NCBI RefSeq assembly: GCF_009914755.1
Contig: NC_060932.1
DNA: 64,000 bases
Origin: the human T2T-CHM13v2.0 reference genome, Homo sapiens
Direction: 5' to 3' (one strand)
The stretch's first letter is position 1. Every line of letters begins with the position of its first letter. The notes under the pieces are model-generated. The model worked only from the letters and a program-made list of their open reading frames with translations, had not been told where the DNA came from and searched no databases. Made by a program: the position numbers and the translations under genes. Positions 58,667 through 64,000 of this stretch are shown piece by piece.

Positions 58667-61600
58667 AGGTGAGACAACAACCCTGGCTTACACCTTGTTT
58701 GCAGGCTTGTTCCAGGGCCAGAATCAGAGGACTCAGCCCCACTGGGCCTGGATTCCTGACCCACATAAACTGTGAGATAAATGTGTCATGTTTTAAGATG
58801 CTAAATTTGTGGCGATGTGTTACACAGCAGTAGATGGATAATACGGACTGCCTTCTCTAAGAACCTGCTGCTCAACTCTCTGTGCAAGTCTTTATTCTTC
58901 AAGATTTCTCCAAACTTTCCTTCTATACAGGGTTGACTGAGAAAGTCTTTCAATGGATGACAGCACCTTGGAAGAGGGAAAACTGCATAAATTCTACTTC
59001 ATCAACACACCAACAGTCCACTCTATGCTTAACACAGAAGGAATGTGATGCCCTGGGCAGGAGAGCATTTGGTGTTTAAGTGCAATGACCCCTAGCAATA
59101 GCCACAATTGTTACCACTTGTCTCAACCTAAATAATTTCTACTGCATATCTAAGCTTCTACAGAACTTTTGCATAACAAACAAGTATGGTTTCTGTCAGT
59201 AAATGTAAATGCTCAGGATGTATTGCTGGCACCCTCATTGCCTTTACTTTCAGAAGCAAAGGACACACAAGGTCTTTCCCATCTCATTCGCCCTCTTTTA
59301 GATAAAATGACAGATATGACTTCTGGATCAGACCCTGGTCTGACTTGCCTACTTGTTCCTCACCTTTGAACATTCTGGCTCTGCTGCCAATTAGAAAGTT
59401 TTCCATCACTCTTTCTAGTGTGTCATTGTAAAATCCAAAGGAAGAAAGTACACCTCCCACGGGTCCTCTCTAGTTTAGGGAGAGTGTTCCTGAAACATGT
59501 GTTAATAAACACGTACTTACAATAACACATATTGGCTCACTGGCTCAAGTATAAAATCCCAAGACCCAGGGCGTCCACATACCCAAATATGGCTCCTGCA
59601 GGGCCCTTCCTCCAACCAGGCTCTCCAGGACCACACATCACCCTGAGAGCACCTGCACCAGCCCTCCCCTCCCTGACCTTGTTCCCCAAAATTCTCCACC
59701 TGGGCATCAGGTTCTTTCATGTTATCCCTGAGCTCACAGTCCCACAGAAGGATGTAAAACATCATTCCCACTCCCTCATGTGGCTACAGTGGTGGAAATG
59801 AGTGATGCTTCAGAACTGTGCTCTTCCATGTGCTTCACACTGCCCTTTCAAAATGCACCTTTACAGGTATTGTTCCACTCAAACGTCAGAACAATCTCAT
59901 AGTAGACAGGCAAGAAATTATTTATTCCTATTTTAAAGATGATGAACGTGAGACCCAAAACAGATCGTGTGACTTGCCTTAGTCACAAAACCATTTGAGG
60001 CAGCTTTTCTTAAGTACGTTGGGTTCAGTACTTTCCTTTTAGTTATCCCCTCAGTCTTCCAAGGTCTAGTGGGGATGATTCCTGCAGAGAGAGGTCAGTG
60101 TGGGCCCACAGTGTGTGCTGTACATTGCCCTCATCTGGCCTCTGCCATTGGATTCTGCATCCTGGATTCCTGAGGCTGCACTCAGCCTGCTGTGGAGACC
60201 TAGTACCCAGATCCATGGTGCCATTGGTCTTGGCTTGCTGTAGACACTCCTCGGCTATGTCTGAGGTCTGGGATAATTGTTAAATATGCAAACATTCACT
60301 TCTGAAAGTTGCACGGATGAGATAATAAATGTATTGTCACTCTTCATGAGCATCAGTGAACATTGCTTACCTCACTTGGAGCTGTGAGATTTCACAATCT
60401 GTTACTTTGTAGCAAACTTGATATAAATGTAATCCTTCCATTTCTTTTCCTGCCTCAAACATAGGTCAACTGACTCTCTTCCCAAAGTCATCCACACCTG
60501 GGGATGAGCTTGCCCACATCCTGCAGAGGAAAAGCCAACTTTTGTCAAAAATCAGAATGCACCAGCCTTGCCTTTGGAGCCACCTACATCGACTTCCTGA
60601 ACCATGCCTTGCTGAGGGCTTGTTTCTGTGGAGCCAGCCTCTTCTCCCTGCCTTAGGGAACACTTCTCACCATGGTTTGTTTCAAACTGCAGAGTTCTAG
60701 GTATCCGAGAGCTGAGGGACCTTTGTCAGCCATCTCTGAGGCTCAGCTTCTTGGGCTCTACAATATAGATAATAATGCCCAGTTCATGAGGTTGTCTTGA
60801 AGGCAAAATAGGTATGCAATGTGATAAGGTGTCACAAAAAAAGGTGAGAGGTTTACTGATTTATTTTGTCTCCAATGTACCCAAGTCATCCTCCAAACTG
60901 AAACCTTGTCACTGACCCACCAACAAACCCTGCCATGTGCCACAGCCTCATGATTCTCTCCTCTCACTAGAGGAGTGCATGGAGTGAATTTTTTCCACTT
61001 GGTGATCTTTTTGTATTAGTCATTCATTAATTCTGCAGTTTGATGAGGGTCTGCTTGTGCCAGCCTCTTACTATTCACCTCCCTCTCTCCTTAATTCACA
61101 TGAATGAATTTTTTCATTCAGCTACAATGTGCATTCAAGGAGCATTCACAAACAGCACTCATTAGCTGTGGAATGATGCCAAGTGGCTCACGTGGACTGA
61201 AGCCCATGTGCTTGGTCCATGAACAACCTTCCAATCTGCCAGGTTCAGCCTAGTTTCCAGGTTCTACACACAGCCTCCTCACCACAGCAAGGCCACTTGA
61301 TCCCTATCTACAGAAAGTGTCAGCCCTTCTAGCAGAGGTCCTGTAGTACTTCAACAACTATGGCCACACTCAGGGACTTGATATTAAGAATACTTATTAC
61401 CAGCCCAACTCTGACCTAGTGCCCAGAATCCAGTAGTATGGTTTCTGAGCCCAAGCCCTACTCTGGGCTTTAATCCTTAGGACTATATTTCTACCCTGGG
61501 TCCTGTTTTAGCGGATGCCTTAGTACTCCAAGTCTCTCCTGAGTCCAAAGCACTGCCTAGGTATTACCAGCCTTTCCTGAGAATAAGCCCTCAATTCTAG

Positions 61601-64000
61601 GCTGACTGGGGTTCTGCTCCATGTGAAGAGACTTCTGTGGGGCTCAGCTGCCTAGACTCCCAAATTCCACCCACTCTGTGTGTCAGAGAAACTTTTGCTT
61701 CTTTACTTTGGGCCCAACCTTTCTTGACTCTCTACCTGGTCCACCATTATCATGTGTATTTAGATGTCCTTCATGGCCAACCAAATGGAGTTATTCACCT
61801 GTATCAACAGCAAGATCAAGTACCCTCAGGTGCAGTCCCACCTGTGTGGGAGAGTCTATGTGCAATCTCTCACCTGGTCTCCTACTCATTTCTGATGAAT
61901 CTGAAGACAAGGCCAACAAATTGGATAAACAGAGTCCACCACCTCCCTCACTCAGTGTTGAGCAGATTTCTGGGGTTGCTGTCCACTCTCTCATGGTCCC
62001 AGGAGCTCTAACATGCCCCAACTTTGTCTTGACTTTTGAGGCATTCTGCCCTTTCCTTCAGTGAGGAGTTGAGACAGAGAGGCTGTAGACAGGAACGGCA
62101 GGGGTCTGGGCTTGGCTACATTGCCTCTGACTGGCACTTGCTCCACTACACTTCTTCACAGCCACACGTGAGACCTTAGAGGGATCATCAAGGTCATTGC
62201 TCATCCCCACAGGAAAACCAGCCTTGGAAAATAAATAAACGACCATGGACTTGTTTGATGGGCCAAAGACAATAAAGGGGCTGATGTTTGACAAAACAGT
62301 AAAGACACCAACCAGTTAGCGCCCCAAACAATGCAAGTTATCTAGAAAGGGAAGAAAGCCTTGGCATGATTAATTAGCACCTGGAATACAAATTCACATG
62401 AGAATGAGGAGAAGACACATAAAGTAATAAATGCATTGTGAAATCCAGATCTTGAGCTTAGTCTTGATATTTTTTAAAAAGTCAATTATTTTCAGCAATG
62501 CCTGAAAATCATGTTGTTTAACGAAGTAAGAAGAAGACTTTTGGGGTAGAGAACTGTGTGGTGCACACATCCTGAGATGATAAGTTTCTGATGTCAAGCC
62601 CCAGGCTTCCAACAAGACAAGACAGACATGAGGCAGCTTGTTTATATCTCAGTGAGGGAGGGAAGAGGAGGGCACAGGAGAACATTCCAGGGAGAAAAGA
62701 CACAGAAGCTGCTAGAAGATGGATGCACAGCTGATAAACCCCCTAAGGAGAGACAGGGAGAAGACAGCCATTACGTTAAGTTCTGTTATAGAGACAGGTA
62801 AGTCACAGATCTTTTCATCTATCTGGCTTGGTTTGGGTTCCTTCTACGGTGTGTGTACGTCTGTTTTCTGTTTGTAATTTACTCTGAAGTGAAGCCTTCC
62901 TGCAGGCCATGTTTCTCATCTGTAAGGCATGGCTTCTCTGGGTCTGATGGAAGGGCCTGCAGTGCTTGGTGAGTTCTCTCAATCCCACTGGGCAGGATTC
63001 CCACATCTCCCAGCCCTGCCTCTGTTCAGCTGTCAGCTGCGGAGGCCTTCTCTTGCAGAATGTGGAGTTTGAGCCTGCACATGCCCAGCCAGCCCTGAAA
63101 CAAGGGCATGGACATGGAGAACCCATGCGGATGTCTGCCCTCACCTACCATGTGACCACAGGTGCCGCCTGCCTGCCTCTGCAGCTGCAACTCTGCTCTG
63201 AACTGGGCTCCAGGGCTCAGTGAGGCTGTGGCTCTTCCTGCTGCTTCACTCCCCACCATCCTTTGCTGTGGCCAGGAGGAAGAAAGCCATGGTGATGTTG
63301 GGGTGACGGTGGGCTCACTGTGTGTGTCTCTTGCCTATGTCCACTGTTCTATATCACCTGCTGATTGATGCTGGAGGGTTAGTCCAGTACCAGTGACCAT
63401 GCCACAGTGGAAAGCAAAATGCCACATATGCACAGACCACATTGTAGAGGCTGATGAGCACTTCCCGTGGTGGTTCTAAATAAGAGAGTGCATAAAGGGG
63501 CAAGTGCTTTGTTTCCCAGGGAGCGCAGGGCTGTAGAGGCACCATCTCTGATATTTGCCTGGGATACACCAAGCCAGGACCACATTATCCCTGTGTGGTG
63601 GGGGCAGTACAGGGCCAGGCCCTCTCTCCAGGGCCCACTGAGGCAGGCACAGGAGCAGCACACCTGCATTACAGACCCAGTGACTCCAAGAACAAGTGGA
63701 GCTAAGCACACAGCCCCTGTCTTCTGGCCGCTGCTCCCAAGGCTGTGCCCCCTCCCTCACCACTCTCCATACACCTGGATCCACCTGGATTAATCTCCAA
63801 TCAGCCAAGCCTAGAACTGACACTTATAACACCTTATGATATGAAGCCCTTTATGACTTTGGAAGGATTAATCCATTTGTAGCCCCTCTGAGAAGTACAG
63901 CATCCTACAAATTAAAGAAAATAAAGCTCATAGAAGGGGGGTGGCCGGTAGAAAGTCACCAGCCAAATATGGAGCAGAGCCAGGCCCATGGCTCTGCAGG

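Larger units (their letters stand above)
57346..58845 (+). mobile_element. MLT1E/F-type LTR interrupted by nested MLT2 LTRs
   Basis: 5' part at 57346-57718 and 3' part at 58667-58845 (gattcctgacccaca…aaactgtgagataaatgtg…ttacacagcagtagat…aatac). Confidence 0.7.

Overview
Primate (very likely human) genomic DNA with no intact protein-coding gene that I can support. The left ~32 kb is AT-rich and repeat-dense. It contains an old 3'-truncated L1 (1-2697), a decayed zinc-finger exon of a ZNF91-family/ZNF736-like KRAB-ZNF pseudogene (minus strand, no KRAB exons visible), and a ~19 kb diverged beta-satellite (BSR) block with higher-order structure. That block hosts a 5'-truncated Alu and an internally deleted HERV-K(HML-3) provirus (MER9 LTRs, 6-bp TSD). 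A full-length, inactive L1PA6-like element inserted into a MIR follows. The right ~32 kb is GC-richer intergenic-type sequence with MIRs, solo LTRs (THE1, LTR8, MLT1/MLT2 nest), MER30, an Alu, small tandem duplications and a CpG-rich patch with a strong CTCF motif. The most notable observations are the hierarchical satellite, whose sister unit preserves the empty Alu and HERV sites, the orphan ZNF-exon/satellite cassette, and a possible APOBEC3 G-to-A signature in the provirus. I found no convincing new biological system. Subfamily names come from remembered consensus sequences, not from a search.
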